A DNA stretch of 17,600 nucleotides from a bacterium (GCA_043779265.1 JAYWEM010000151.1:1-17600); one strand, 5' to 3'. Positions 6,959-15,970 are shown, counted from the stretch's first letter. Notes: generated by a model from the letters alone, not told the origin. A program made the numbers and translations.

Positions 6959-8788
6959 GTGAAGCTTCGCACCTCGCTCTTCTGCATCGCTGCTCTGCTC
7001 GGGGCGGCCACGTCGGTTCTCGCGGCCCCGATGTCGGGAGCGCTGGCCCGCAAGCTCGATCCTCGCCTCCAGCCCGCGCTGGCCGAAGGCGTGGCGGGCG
7101 TTCCGGTCTGGATCGAGTTCACCGACAAGGGCGAGACGGGGATGTCCGATCTCACGGCGCGTCTGGCCGAGGCGGAGAGTCGGCTGACCGAGCGCAATCG
7201 GGCGCGACGCATCAAGGCCGGTCTGTCGCCGCTCGTCGACTATGCGGATCTGCCGCTGCATTCGCCCTATCTCGAGGAACTCGAATCCGCGGGATTCGTC
7301 CTCGGGGCACGTTCTCGATGGTTCAACCGAGTGAGCCTGAGCGCTTCGGGCGCCTCGCTCGCGAGCCTTGCGGAGTTCGGCTTCATCGCGCGCATCGAAC
7401 GCCCCCAGCTCGCCGTCCCGGTGGCTCGGCCACGTGAAGAAGGCGAACCGATCGAGGCCGGCATCGGTCGTGCGTTCGAGCCTCTGAAGGCGGCTGCCCG
7501 GGCATCGATCGCGGCGGGACAGACCGCGACGCAGCTGGCCAGGCTCGGAGTGCCGGCGCTGCATGACTCGGGCTACGACGGCACGAACGTCCTCGTGTGC
7601 GTCCTCGATGAGGGATTCAACTTCCACACCAAGCACACCGCGACGCGCAACATGCCGGTGATCGCGACGCGCGACTTCGTGCGCGGTGTCGCGGCGGTGC
7701 AGGACACCGTTGTGAATCCCGGACTGTTCCGGCACGGGCAGTGGTGCCTGAGCGTGCTGGGCGGACGCGCCGACGGTGTCTACTCGGGGCCTGCCTCCGA
7801 TGCGACGTTCATGCTCGGCCGCACGGAGAACTCCGCGTCCGAGACGCTCTCCGAGCTGACCCTGTGGGCGATGGGTGCGGAGTGGGCCGACAGTGCGGGA
7901 GCGGACATCATCAGCAGTTCACTCGGCTATCGCCTGATGGACGATCCGGCACAGGACATCCTCTACTCGGCCCTCGATGGACGCACCACGGTGATCACGC
8001 GCGCCGCGACGCTCGCGGCCAGCCGCGGGATCCTGGTGGTGAACTCGGCGGGCAACGACGGGAGCAACCCCTCGGCCGGCTACAAGATCAATGCTCCTTC
8101 CGACGCGAACGGGGACAGCGTGCTCGCGATCGGGGCGACGGATTCGCTCGGTTTCCGTGCCGGCTATTCGAGCAAGGGGCCGACGTTCGACGGACGAGTG
8201 AAGCCCGATCTCGTCGCACAGGGCTCGAGTGTGCTGATGGCCTCCGCCAGTGGCGGCGCGAACGTGTACACGCGCCTGTCGGGTACATCGTTCTCCTGCC
8301 CGCTCGTCGCCGGGCTCGCTGCCTGTCTCATGGAGGCGCGTCCGAATCTGCCCGCCACACTCATCCTGCGCGCTCTGCGCGAAAGTGCGGACCGTGTGAA
8401 CAGTCCGGACACGTTGTACGGCTATGGCAAGCCCGACGGTGGTGGGGCGCTCGACTGGCTCGCCGACACGGCGGGTGTCCCGGGCGGAACGCGGGTGAAC
8501 GCCCTGTCCTTCGCCGGGCCGAATCCGTTCCCGATCCGCGATGGCACACGCGTCCGGTTCACGCTTCCCGCTGGGCTGGGCTCGGGCACGGCGCGGCTGA
8601 CGGTGATCGACCTCTCGGGTCGCGTCATCCGCCGGTTGTGGTCGGGCTCACTGGCCGCGGGTGAGAGTCAGACCGTGGCCTGGGATGGACGAGACGATCT
8701 CGGACGTTCCGTGCGCCCGGCTCTCTATCTGATCGGCCTCGAGTCCTCCGGCCGGAGAAGCACGCTGCGCGTCGCCGCACTTCGCTGA
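6959..8788 (+). CDS. Secreted S8 (subtilisin-like) serine peptidase with propeptide and C-terminal FlgD-Ig/CTD-like domain, 609 aa
   Basis: GTG6959 after AGGAG; signal peptide ending VLA/A. Catalytic motifs VLDEG (Asp), FRHGQWCLS (His), SAGND (oxyanion Asn), KPDLVA and GTSFSCP (Ser). Tail GPNPF...VIDLSGRVIRRL...WDGRDDLG...LYLI. Confidence 0.93.
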   Translation: MKLRTSLFCIAALLGAATSVLAAPMSGALARKLDPRLQPALAEGVAGVPVWIEFTDKGETGMSDLTARLAEAESRLTERNRARRIKAGLSPLVDYADLPLHSPYLEELESAGFVLGARSRWFNRVSLSASGASLASLAEFGFIARIERPQLAVPVARPREEGEPIEAGIGRAFEPLKAAARASIAAGQTATQLARLGVPALHDSGYDGTNVLVCVLDEGFNFHTKHTATRNMPVIATRDFVRGVAAVQDTVVNPGLFRHGQWCLSVLGGRADGVYSGPASDATFMLGRTENSASETLSELTLWAMGAEWADSAGADIISSSLGYRLMDDPAQDILYSALDGRTTVITRAATLAASRGILVVNSAGNDGSNPSAGYKINAPSDANGDSVLAIGATDSLGFRAGYSSKGPTFDGRVKPDLVAQGSSVLMASASGGANVYTRLSGTSFSCPLVAGLAACLMEARPNLPATLILRALRESADRVNSPDTLYGYGKPDGGGALDWLADTAGVPGGTRVNALSFAGPNPFPIRDGTRVRFTLPAGLGSGTARLTVIDLSGRVIRRLWSGSLAAGESQTVAWDGRDDLGRSVRPALYLIGLESSGRRSTLRVAALR

Positions 8789-8837
8789 ACCCCCGCCTTT
8801 CGTTCCCCGCAATCCCCGTCCCAGGAGATCTCCCGAC

Positions 8838-10178
8838 ATGTCCCGGTCGAACGTTCCCGCTCGCGCCCTCGCGGCGCTTGCGCTGGCTGCTGCTTCGCTG
8901 ATGCCCCACCAGGCGATCGCGGGCGCGCCTCCCATCCAGCGCGTCACGCTCGCCAATGGCATGCGCGTCGTGCTCGCTCCGGATCCGATGGCGACCGGGG
9001 TCGACGTGGCGGTGTGGCATCCGCTCGGTACGCGCCACGAACGCGCCGGACAGGCGGGCATCACGCACCTCGTCGAACGGCTCTCGTTCCGAGGGAGCGC
9101 GCAGGTGCGCGATGGCGAGCACCGCGACCGTGTGCTCGCCGAAGGCGGCACGATCAACACCAGCATGTCCGCGGACCATCTCGCGTTCTGGCAGACGGTG
9201 CCTTCCGAGGCGCTCGCCGCCACGCTGGCGCTCGAGGCCGATCGCATGGCCGGCTTGGCACCGAGCGCCACGGCATTCGAGGAGGAGAAGCGCGAAGCGG
9301 TCCTCGATCGCTCGAGGGCCGAGCGGACGCCAGTGGCTCGAGGGCTCTCTCGACTCTGGGCCGAGGCCTACACCGGGCATCCGTACGCCCGCCCGCTCAC
9401 CGGCGTCGAGGCGGACGTTCGAGGCATCACGCTCGCAGCCGCGCAGCAGTGGCGTCGCGAACGATTCGCTGCGGGTTCGGCGGTCCTCACCGTCGTGGGT
9501 CGATTCGAGCCGGAGCCGACGCTCGATCGCATCCGCACGCTGTTCGCGAAGCTGCCGGCCGGAGCACGTGTGGTGACTCCGGCGGCGAAAGTCACCGGGG
9601 GGGAGATGCGCCGGGTGGAGGAGGTCTCGGATATCCCCGTGCGCGTGCTGTTCACGGGGTTCCGCGGACCCGGATCGAACGACCCCGATGCGCTCGCGAT
9701 GGAAATGCTGGCCCAATCGATCGGTGCAGGCGAGTCCCCTCATCTACTGAACGTCCTGGGACAGGAGTGGGGGCTGGCACTGGCGGCGCAGGCCGGATTC
9801 GATGTGCGCCTCGAGGGCTCCCTGTTCTGGACGCTCACGGCTCTGCGCGAGGATGCCGATGGCGAGACCACCGAGCGCGCTCTGCGCGATGAACTCGGTC
9901 GCATCGCGCGCGAGGGGCTGGACGAGCAGGTGGTGGCACGGGTCAAGCGACTTGCCGAGACGAGGACCCTGTTCGCAGCCCAGGGTGTCCGCTCACGTGC
10001 GCAGTTGCTGGGTGAGGCCGAGCTCTGGAAGGGCGATGCCGGACTCGCCGAGCAGCGCCTCGCGAGGATCCACGCGCTGACCGCGGCCGATCTGCAGCGG
10101 GCTGCGCGGCGATTGTTCGCACACGGAGCGCATGCCGTGGTCTGGATGCGCCCTGGCGGGCCGGGAGGTGCACGATGA
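8838..10178 (+). CDS. Secreted M16 (insulinase/pitrilysin) family protein with a degenerate zinc motif (HLVER instead of HxxEH)
   Basis: AGGAG RBS; signal peptide; TLANGMRVV, GITHLVERLSFRGS, LEADRM and HPYARP motifs typical of M16B. Confidence 0.9.
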   Translation: MSRSNVPARALAALALAAASLMPHQAIAGAPPIQRVTLANGMRVVLAPDPMATGVDVAVWHPLGTRHERAGQAGITHLVERLSFRGSAQVRDGEHRDRVLAEGGTINTSMSADHLAFWQTVPSEALAATLALEADRMAGLAPSATAFEEEKREAVLDRSRAERTPVARGLSRLWAEAYTGHPYARPLTGVEADVRGITLAAAQQWRRERFAAGSAVLTVVGRFEPEPTLDRIRTLFAKLPAGARVVTPAAKVTGGEMRRVEEVSDIPVRVLFTGFRGPGSNDPDALAMEMLAQSIGAGESPHLLNVLGQEWGLALAAQAGFDVRLEGSLFWTLTALREDADGETTERALRDELGRIAREGLDEQVVARVKRLAETRTLFAAQGVRSRAQLLGEAELWKGDAGLAEQRLARIHALTAADLQRAARRLFAHGAHAVVWMRPGGPGGAR

Positions 10179-12238
10179 ACCGCGTCATGAGCGTCGCCGC
10201 GACTCTGTTGTCGCTGATGATCTCCTCGCCGGGTGCCGCCGCTCCGGCCGCGCCAGCGCTGCCGACCCCCGCCTGGGTGAGTCCGACGCCGGTCACACGC
10301 ACGCTTGCGAACGGGCTGCGCGTCGTCGTGTTCCCCGATCACCGGATCGGCGTCGTGCAGGCGCAACTCCGCGTGCCCGCCGGAACGCGCGAGGAGCCGG
10401 ACAATCGACCGGGTGTCGCCGCCCTGACCGGCCAGATGCTGCGCGGCGGAACGAGTTCACGCTCGCCGCAGCAGTACATGGAGCATCTCGAGAACCTCGG
10501 GGCGGTGTACGGGGTCTCGGTGATGCGGGACATCGCGTTGATGAGTCTGGGGTTCCGCAGCGCCGATCTCGATGCCGGGCTCGAGCTGATGGCCGATGCC
10601 GTGATCAGCCCGATCTTCGATGAGGCGGCCTTCGAGCAGACGAGGCGACAGGTCGCGAGTCAACTCGGCCAGCAGATGCAGAACCTGGGCTCGATCGCCG
10701 ATGAGCGCATCCAGGAGTCGGCCTTCCGGGGCCACCCCTACGGACGACCGGCATTGGGGAGTCTCGATGCACTCCTGCAGACGACGACCCGCGACCTCCA
10801 GAGTTTCCATCGCGAGCGCTGGCGGCCCGACCGCGCGGTGCTCGCGCTGACGGGCGATGTCACCGCGGAGCAGGCGTTCCGCGCCGCCGAGCAGTGGTTC
10901 TCGCACTGGGGCGGGCGGGCGTCGGCCGATCGTGCTGCGACGCTGAACATCAAGCCCACGATCCGTGTGGTGGATGTGGCCGAAGCGCCATTCACGGAAG
11001 TCCGCGTCGCCGTGGCCGGCCCCGGCCGTCGCTCGGCCGAGTTCCCGGCGTGGTCCCTGGCTTCCGCGCGGCTCGAGGAGTCGGGGCTGCCGGCGGGCGC
11101 GAGGGCATCGCTCACGTCGCATCTCGATGCGAGCCTTCTCGTGCTCGCTCAGCCGGCCCGCACGGATTCGGCGGCGAATGTCGCGAAGCGGCTGCGCGAA
11201 GTGCTCGCGCGCGCTTCGCGTGAGACGCCTTCCACCTGGGAGGCTCGGCGCAAGCGCGAGTCCCAGGCGGAAGCACTCTCGCTCGAGTCACTCGGTGCGC
11301 GGCTGACACAATGGCTGGTCGATGATGCGGCAGGCTCGGCATCGGACGCCTCGAGCAGCAAGCTGCGGCCGGACGATCCCGCAGTGTTCCAACGGGCCTT
11401 CGGCGGCCCTGTGGCGGTGCTCGCGGCCGGGCCGGCCGAGCTCCTGAGTGCGTCATTCGCGCGGTTCGGCGCGTACGATGTCCAGGCTCTGGCTCGCGCG
11501 CTCACCGAAGCACCCGTCGACACGCTGCCGGCTCCGACCGCCGAGGAGTTGAAGCTCGGACGGGCCGCGACGACCGCTGCCATCGCCGCTCACGGCGGGA
11601 TCAAGGCGCTTCGTGCGATTCGCACCCAACTCGCCGATGGCGAGATCACGCTGGATGCCGGCGGGCGGGAGGTCACCGGGCAGTTCTCCTCGGTGCGCGC
11701 CCCGGAACGATTCATCTACATGACCAAACTCTTCTCGCTCGAGACCCGCCAAGTGCTCGATCGGGGCGTGGGCTGGGCGCTGAGCGTCGCCGACTCGGCG
11801 GAGCTGACCGAGCTGGACAGCACCGCTGTGAATCAGCTCTCGGCCTCGCGAGAGAGCGACCTCGTGCACGTGCTGATCGCAGCGAGCGGGCCGACGTCGC
11901 GCCCCGCGCTTCGCGGCACCGATGTCATCGATGGGAAGACGGTCGAGTTGGTGGACCTGCTCACCTCGCGCGGCCCCCTGCGGCTTGCGATCGACGCCAA
12001 GACGCACCGGGTCTCGGCCATCGATGGTGTGCTTTCGCGTCAGGCCTGGCTCGAGCGCCGGGTCCTGCGTGATGTGCGCAAGGTCGGCGACCTGTACCTG
12101 CCTCATGACGAGGAGCGGCTCATCGAAGGGCGATCGCTGTCGCGGATCCTCATCCGTCAGCTGGGCCTCAATGCCCCGGTCGACGAGGCCCTGTTCGTCC
12201 GTCCGATGGTCAGGCGGGGGCAGATCATCTCTCCCTGA
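10175..12238 (+). CDS. Secreted M16-family non-catalytic partner subunit fused to a C-terminal LolA-like/beta-rich domain, 687 aa
   Basis: ATGA overlap with the upstream stop and a GGAGGT RBS; signal peptide; TLANGLRVV, GVAALTGQMLRGGT (no HxxEH) and HPYGRP. Extra domain of about 220 aa from AAHGGIKALRAIRT to NAPVDEALF. Confidence 0.87.
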   Translation: MNRVMSVAATLLSLMISSPGAAAPAAPALPTPAWVSPTPVTRTLANGLRVVVFPDHRIGVVQAQLRVPAGTREEPDNRPGVAALTGQMLRGGTSSRSPQQYMEHLENLGAVYGVSVMRDIALMSLGFRSADLDAGLELMADAVISPIFDEAAFEQTRRQVASQLGQQMQNLGSIADERIQESAFRGHPYGRPALGSLDALLQTTTRDLQSFHRERWRPDRAVLALTGDVTAEQAFRAAEQWFSHWGGRASADRAATLNIKPTIRVVDVAEAPFTEVRVAVAGPGRRSAEFPAWSLASARLEESGLPAGARASLTSHLDASLLVLAQPARTDSAANVAKRLREVLARASRETPSTWEARRKRESQAEALSLESLGARLTQWLVDDAAGSASDASSSKLRPDDPAVFQRAFGGPVAVLAAGPAELLSASFARFGAYDVQALARALTEAPVDTLPAPTAEELKLGRAATTAAIAAHGGIKALRAIRTQLADGEITLDAGGREVTGQFSSVRAPERFIYMTKLFSLETRQVLDRGVGWALSVADSAELTELDSTAVNQLSASRESDLVHVLIAASGPTSRPALRGTDVIDGKTVELVDLLTSRGPLRLAIDAKTHRVSAIDGVLSRQAWLERRVLRDVRKVGDLYLPHDEERLIEGRSLSRILIRQLGLNAPVDEALFVRPMVRRGQIISP

Positions 12239-12258
12239 GTCGGACCCGATGGAGTCCC

Positions 12259-12299
12259 CGAGTGGCCGGAGCGCGTTTGTGAGCGCCTCCGGCCACTCG
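12259..12299. other. Long intergenic stem-loop upstream of ppdK (13-bp perfect stem, extendable)
   Basis: CGAGTGGCCGGAG (12259-12271) / CTCCGGCCACTCG (12287-12299), followed by TATCTT (at most a weak U-tract). Confidence 0.6.
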
Positions 12300-12332
12300 T
12301 ATCTTGGGGTCACGCTCTGTCAGGGAGGGATC

Positions 12333-15212
12333 ATGAGCACGATCGACATTGCCGCCGGCATCGGATCGGAGGCTCGCGCCAGCGACCCGAGCATTTACTT
12401 CTTCGGCGGCGGTCGTGCCGAGGGCGACGGCAGCATGAAGGCGCTCCTCGGTGGCAAGGGTGCCGGTCTCGCCGAGATGACGAACGCCGGCGTGCCCGTT
12501 CCGCCTGGCTTCACGATCACGACCGAAGTCTGCCGCTACTTCTATGCGAATGACCGTCGGCTGCCGTCCGGACTCCAAGTGGAGCAGGACCGCGCGATGG
12601 AGCGCCTCGAAGCAGCGATGGGGCGGCGGCTCGGGGATCCCGGCGATCCCCTGCTCGTCTCGGTTCGCTCCGGCGCCCGATTCTCGATGCCCGGCATGAT
12701 GGACACGATCTTGAACCTCGGACTGCACGACCACTCGGTCGAGGGATTGGCGAGCAGAACCGGCAATCCGCGCTTCGCGTGGGACTGCTATCGGCGACTC
12801 ATCCAGATGTTCGGCGCCGTGGTCCTCGACATCGAGAAGCGGGAGTTCGAGGAGTTCATCGATGCGCTGAAGCGCAAACGCCGAGTGAGCCTCGACACGG
12901 AACTGGATGTCTCCGACCTTCGCTCGCTCGCAGCGAGCTTCTTGCGCCACGTTCGCAAACGGACCGCACGCGAGTTCCCGCAGGATCCCCTCGAGCAGTT
13001 GGCGCTGGCGCGGGACGCCGTGTTCCGCTCCTGGAACAACGACCGCGCGCAGTACTACCGGCGACAGAACGGCATCCCCGACGACATCGGCACCGCGGTG
13101 AACGTGCAGGCGATGGTGTTCGGCAACATGGGGGAGACCTCGGCCACCGGCGTCGGCTTCACACGCGACCCGGCGACCGGCAAGCGTCACTTCTACGGTG
13201 AGTACCTGACGAATGCACAGGGCGAGGACGTTGTGGCCGGCGTGCGCACGCCCGTCCCGATCGCCGGGCTCGAGCGCGAGATGCCCGAGGTCTACCGTCA
13301 GTTGCGCGAGATCACCTCGAAGCTCGAACAGCACTATCGCGACCTCCAGGACTTCGAGTTCACGATCCAGGCGGGCGAGTTGTTCCTGCTGCAGACGCGC
13401 AACGGCAAGCGCACGGCACAGGCCGCGGTCAGGATCGCGATCGACATGGTGAGCGAGGGGTTGATCGGCGAGGAGGAGGCCGTGATGCGCGTGGAGCCGG
13501 CCTCGCTCGACCAGTTGCTCCACCCGCGGTTCGACCCGAAGGCCAAGCGGCGTGTGTTGACGAGCGGCCTCGCGGCCTCGCCCGGCGCCGCGACGGGACG
13601 AGCCGTGTTCGACGCCGACACCGCTGCGGAATCCGGAGCGCGCGGCGAGAAGGTGATCCTCGTCCGCCGCGAGACCACCCCCGACGACATCCATGGCATG
13701 GATGCAGCGCAGGGCATCCTGACCGCCACCGGCGGCATGACATCCCATGCGGCGGTCGTTGCGCGCGGCATGGGCAAGCCTTGCGTGTCGGGCGCCGGTG
13801 GCATCCGAGTCGATGAGAAGAAGCGCTGCATGATCATCGAGGAGCGGGTCATCGCCGAGGGCGAGTGGCTCTCGATCGATGGTTCGACGGGCGAGGTCAT
13901 GCTGGGTGCCGTGCCGACGATCGAGGCCGAGGTCAGCGGCGAGTTCGCGTCGTTCATGACGATCGCCGACCGCCATCGCCGCCTGCAGGTCCGCGCCAAT
14001 GCGGACATCCCCCGTGATGCCGTGAAGGCGCGCGAGTTCGGGGCCGAGGGCATCGGGCTGTGCCGCACCGAGCACATGTTCTTCGCCGAGGAACGACTGC
14101 CGCAGGTGGTTCGCATGATCATGGCGGCCCCTCGCGTGAAGTCGCTGCGGGAGAAGGCCGCGGCGGCGCAGCGGTCCCTCGATGGCGCGAGCGGGCCCGC
14201 GGCCAAGCAGGCCCGCGCCGAGCTTCGTGCGATCCAGAAGTCGCTCGCGGGGCCGCTCAAGGAGTACCGGGGTGCCCTGGCAGCGCTGCTCACCGCGCAG
14301 CGCGCCGACTTCCGCGGGCTGTTCCGCGCGATGGACGGTTTCGCCGTCACCATCCGTACGCTGGACCCGCCCCTGCATGAGTTCCTGCCCAAGCGCGAGG
14401 ACCTGCTCGTCGACATCGCCATGCTCTCGCGTTCGACGCCCGCGCAGAAGCGGGCGATGGCCAAGCGCTATCGACTCCGTGTCGCCGAACTCAAGCAGGG
14501 TATGCCCGAACTGCTCCGCCGCGTCGAGGAGTTGCATGAGTTCAACCCGATGCTGGGTCATCGCGGTTGCCGTCTCGGCATCACGTATCCCGAGATCACC
14601 GAGATGCAGGTGCGTGCCATCCTCGAGGCCGCCTGTGACGTGAAGCGCAAGGGCGTCTCGGTGACTCCCGAGATCATGATCCCGTTGGTCGGAACGCTCG
14701 AGGAGTTGCGCGACCAGAGCGCGATCGTGCGGCGAGTCGCCCACGAGGTGATGGAGCGAAAGGGCGTCACGGTGGAGTATCTGGTCGGCACCATGATCGA
14801 AGTGCCGCGTGCCGCCGTGACCTCGGGCCGTATCGCCGAGGAAGCGGAGTTCTTCTCATTCGGCACCAACGATCTGACCCAGATGACGTTCGGCTACTCG
14901 AGAGACGATGCAGCCAAGTTCCTCCCCGACTACTTGGCTCGAAAGGTGCTCGAGCGCGACCCGTTCGTCTCCGTGGATGAGGACGGGGTGGGGGAGTTGA
15001 TGCGGTGGTCGGTTCAGCAAGGCCGGGCCCAGCGACCGGGCCTCAAGATCGGCATCTGCGGCGAGCACGGCGGGGATCCCGCGAGCGTCGAGTTCTGCCA
15101 TCGGATCGGGCTCGACTACGTGAGCTGTTCCCCGTTCCGGGTTCCGATCGCCAGGCTTGCGGCGGCTCAAGCGGCGGTGCGAGGCCGAGCTGCCGAGAGC
15201 GAACTCAGATAG
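12333..15212 (+). CDS. ppdK: Pyruvate, phosphate dikinase (959 aa)
   Basis: GGGAGG before ATG12333. Motifs LLGGKGAGLAEM, PLLVSVRSGA, SMPGMMDTILNLG, GEDVVAG, phospho-His GGMTSHAAVVAR, GIGLCRTEHMF, NPMLGHRGCRLG, FSFGTNDLTQ and GICGEHGGDP. Confidence 0.98.
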   Translation: MSTIDIAAGIGSEARASDPSIYFFGGGRAEGDGSMKALLGGKGAGLAEMTNAGVPVPPGFTITTEVCRYFYANDRRLPSGLQVEQDRAMERLEAAMGRRLGDPGDPLLVSVRSGARFSMPGMMDTILNLGLHDHSVEGLASRTGNPRFAWDCYRRLIQMFGAVVLDIEKREFEEFIDALKRKRRVSLDTELDVSDLRSLAASFLRHVRKRTAREFPQDPLEQLALARDAVFRSWNNDRAQYYRRQNGIPDDIGTAVNVQAMVFGNMGETSATGVGFTRDPATGKRHFYGEYLTNAQGEDVVAGVRTPVPIAGLEREMPEVYRQLREITSKLEQHYRDLQDFEFTIQAGELFLLQTRNGKRTAQAAVRIAIDMVSEGLIGEEEAVMRVEPASLDQLLHPRFDPKAKRRVLTSGLAASPGAATGRAVFDADTAAESGARGEKVILVRRETTPDDIHGMDAAQGILTATGGMTSHAAVVARGMGKPCVSGAGGIRVDEKKRCMIIEERVIAEGEWLSIDGSTGEVMLGAVPTIEAEVSGEFASFMTIADRHRRLQVRANADIPRDAVKAREFGAEGIGLCRTEHMFFAEERLPQVVRMIMAAPRVKSLREKAAAAQRSLDGASGPAAKQARAELRAIQKSLAGPLKEYRGALAALLTAQRADFRGLFRAMDGFAVTIRTLDPPLHEFLPKREDLLVDIAMLSRSTPAQKRAMAKRYRLRVAELKQGMPELLRRVEELHEFNPMLGHRGCRLGITYPEITEMQVRAILEAACDVKRKGVSVTPEIMIPLVGTLEELRDQSAIVRRVAHEVMERKGVTVEYLVGTMIEVPRAAVTSGRIAEEAEFFSFGTNDLTQMTFGYSRDDAAKFLPDYLARKVLERDPFVSVDEDGVGELMRWSVQQGRAQRPGLKIGICGEHGGDPASVEFCHRIGLDYVSCSPFRVPIARLAAAQAAVRGRAAESELR

Positions 15213-15247
15213 TCGGCGTGATGCGTGAGCCGGGAGTCCAGCGTGCG

Positions 15248-15970
15248 ATGACCCTCGACATCATCATCCCGGCGCTGGATGAAGAGGGGCCGCTCGCCCG
15301 CGTGCTCACCGACCTGCCGAAGCCCGGTTCCGTGCTCGAGGTCGCGGGGGCACAGGTGACGCTTCGTCGCATCGTCGTCGTCGACAACGGCTCGCGCGAT
15401 CGCACCGCGCAGGTGGCGAGAGTGGCCGGCGCCGAGGTCGTCTCGGAGCCACGCCGAGGCTACGGTCAGGCGTGCCTCTCGGGCATCGCGCACCTCGCCG
15501 ACTCGCCGCCCGAGGTGCTCGTCTTCCTCGATGCCGACCACAGCGATGACCCTTCGGATCTGCCGCGATTGATCGTCCCGATGCTCGATTCGGGAGCGGA
15601 TCTGGTGATCGGTTCGCGCGTTCTCGGCGAGCGTGAACCCGGGGCGTTCACGCCGGTCCAGGCGTTCGGCAACTGGCTGAGCGCGCTGCTGATCCGCACG
15701 TTGTGGCGCGCCGAGATCACCGATCTGGGCCCGTTCCGCGCCATCACATGGACCGCGCTGTTGCGGTTGCGTATGCGCGATCGCGATTACGGCTGGACCG
15801 TCGAGATGCAGACGCGCGCGTTCGCCGCCGGCCTGCGCGTGCTCGAAGTGCCCGTTCGCTACCGGCGCCGCCGACTCGGGAGATCGAAGGTGGCCGGCAC
15901 GCTGCGCGGGGTGTGGGGAGCGGGGACCAAGATCCTGTGGACCATCGCCAAGGTGCGCCTCCTCGGTTGA
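15248..15970 (+). CDS. Glycosyltransferase family 2 (DPM1/polyprenol-phosphate glycosyltransferase-like), about 240 aa; alternative start at 15221
   Basis: IIPALDEE, VVDNGSRD, RRGYGQA, FLDAD (DxD), DLVIGSR, TDLGPFRAI and EVPV motifs; GGGAG at 15232-15236. Confidence 0.9.
   Translation: MTLDIIIPALDEEGPLARVLTDLPKPGSVLEVAGAQVTLRRIVVVDNGSRDRTAQVARVAGAEVVSEPRRGYGQACLSGIAHLADSPPEVLVFLDADHSDDPSDLPRLIVPMLDSGADLVIGSRVLGEREPGAFTPVQAFGNWLSALLIRTLWRAEITDLGPFRAITWTALLRLRMRDRDYGWTVEMQTRAFAAGLRVLEVPVRYRRRRLGRSKVAGTLRGVWGAGTKILWTIAKVRLLG

Noticed and set aside
11922..12332. N-terminal extension of PPDK in the ORF track (1096 aa)
   Set aside because: It overlaps the M16 gene and the hairpin. The RBS-supported start is 12333, close to where PPDK homology begins.
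12225..14744. 839-aa minus-strand ORF
   Set aside because: Antisense shadow of the highly conserved ppdK.
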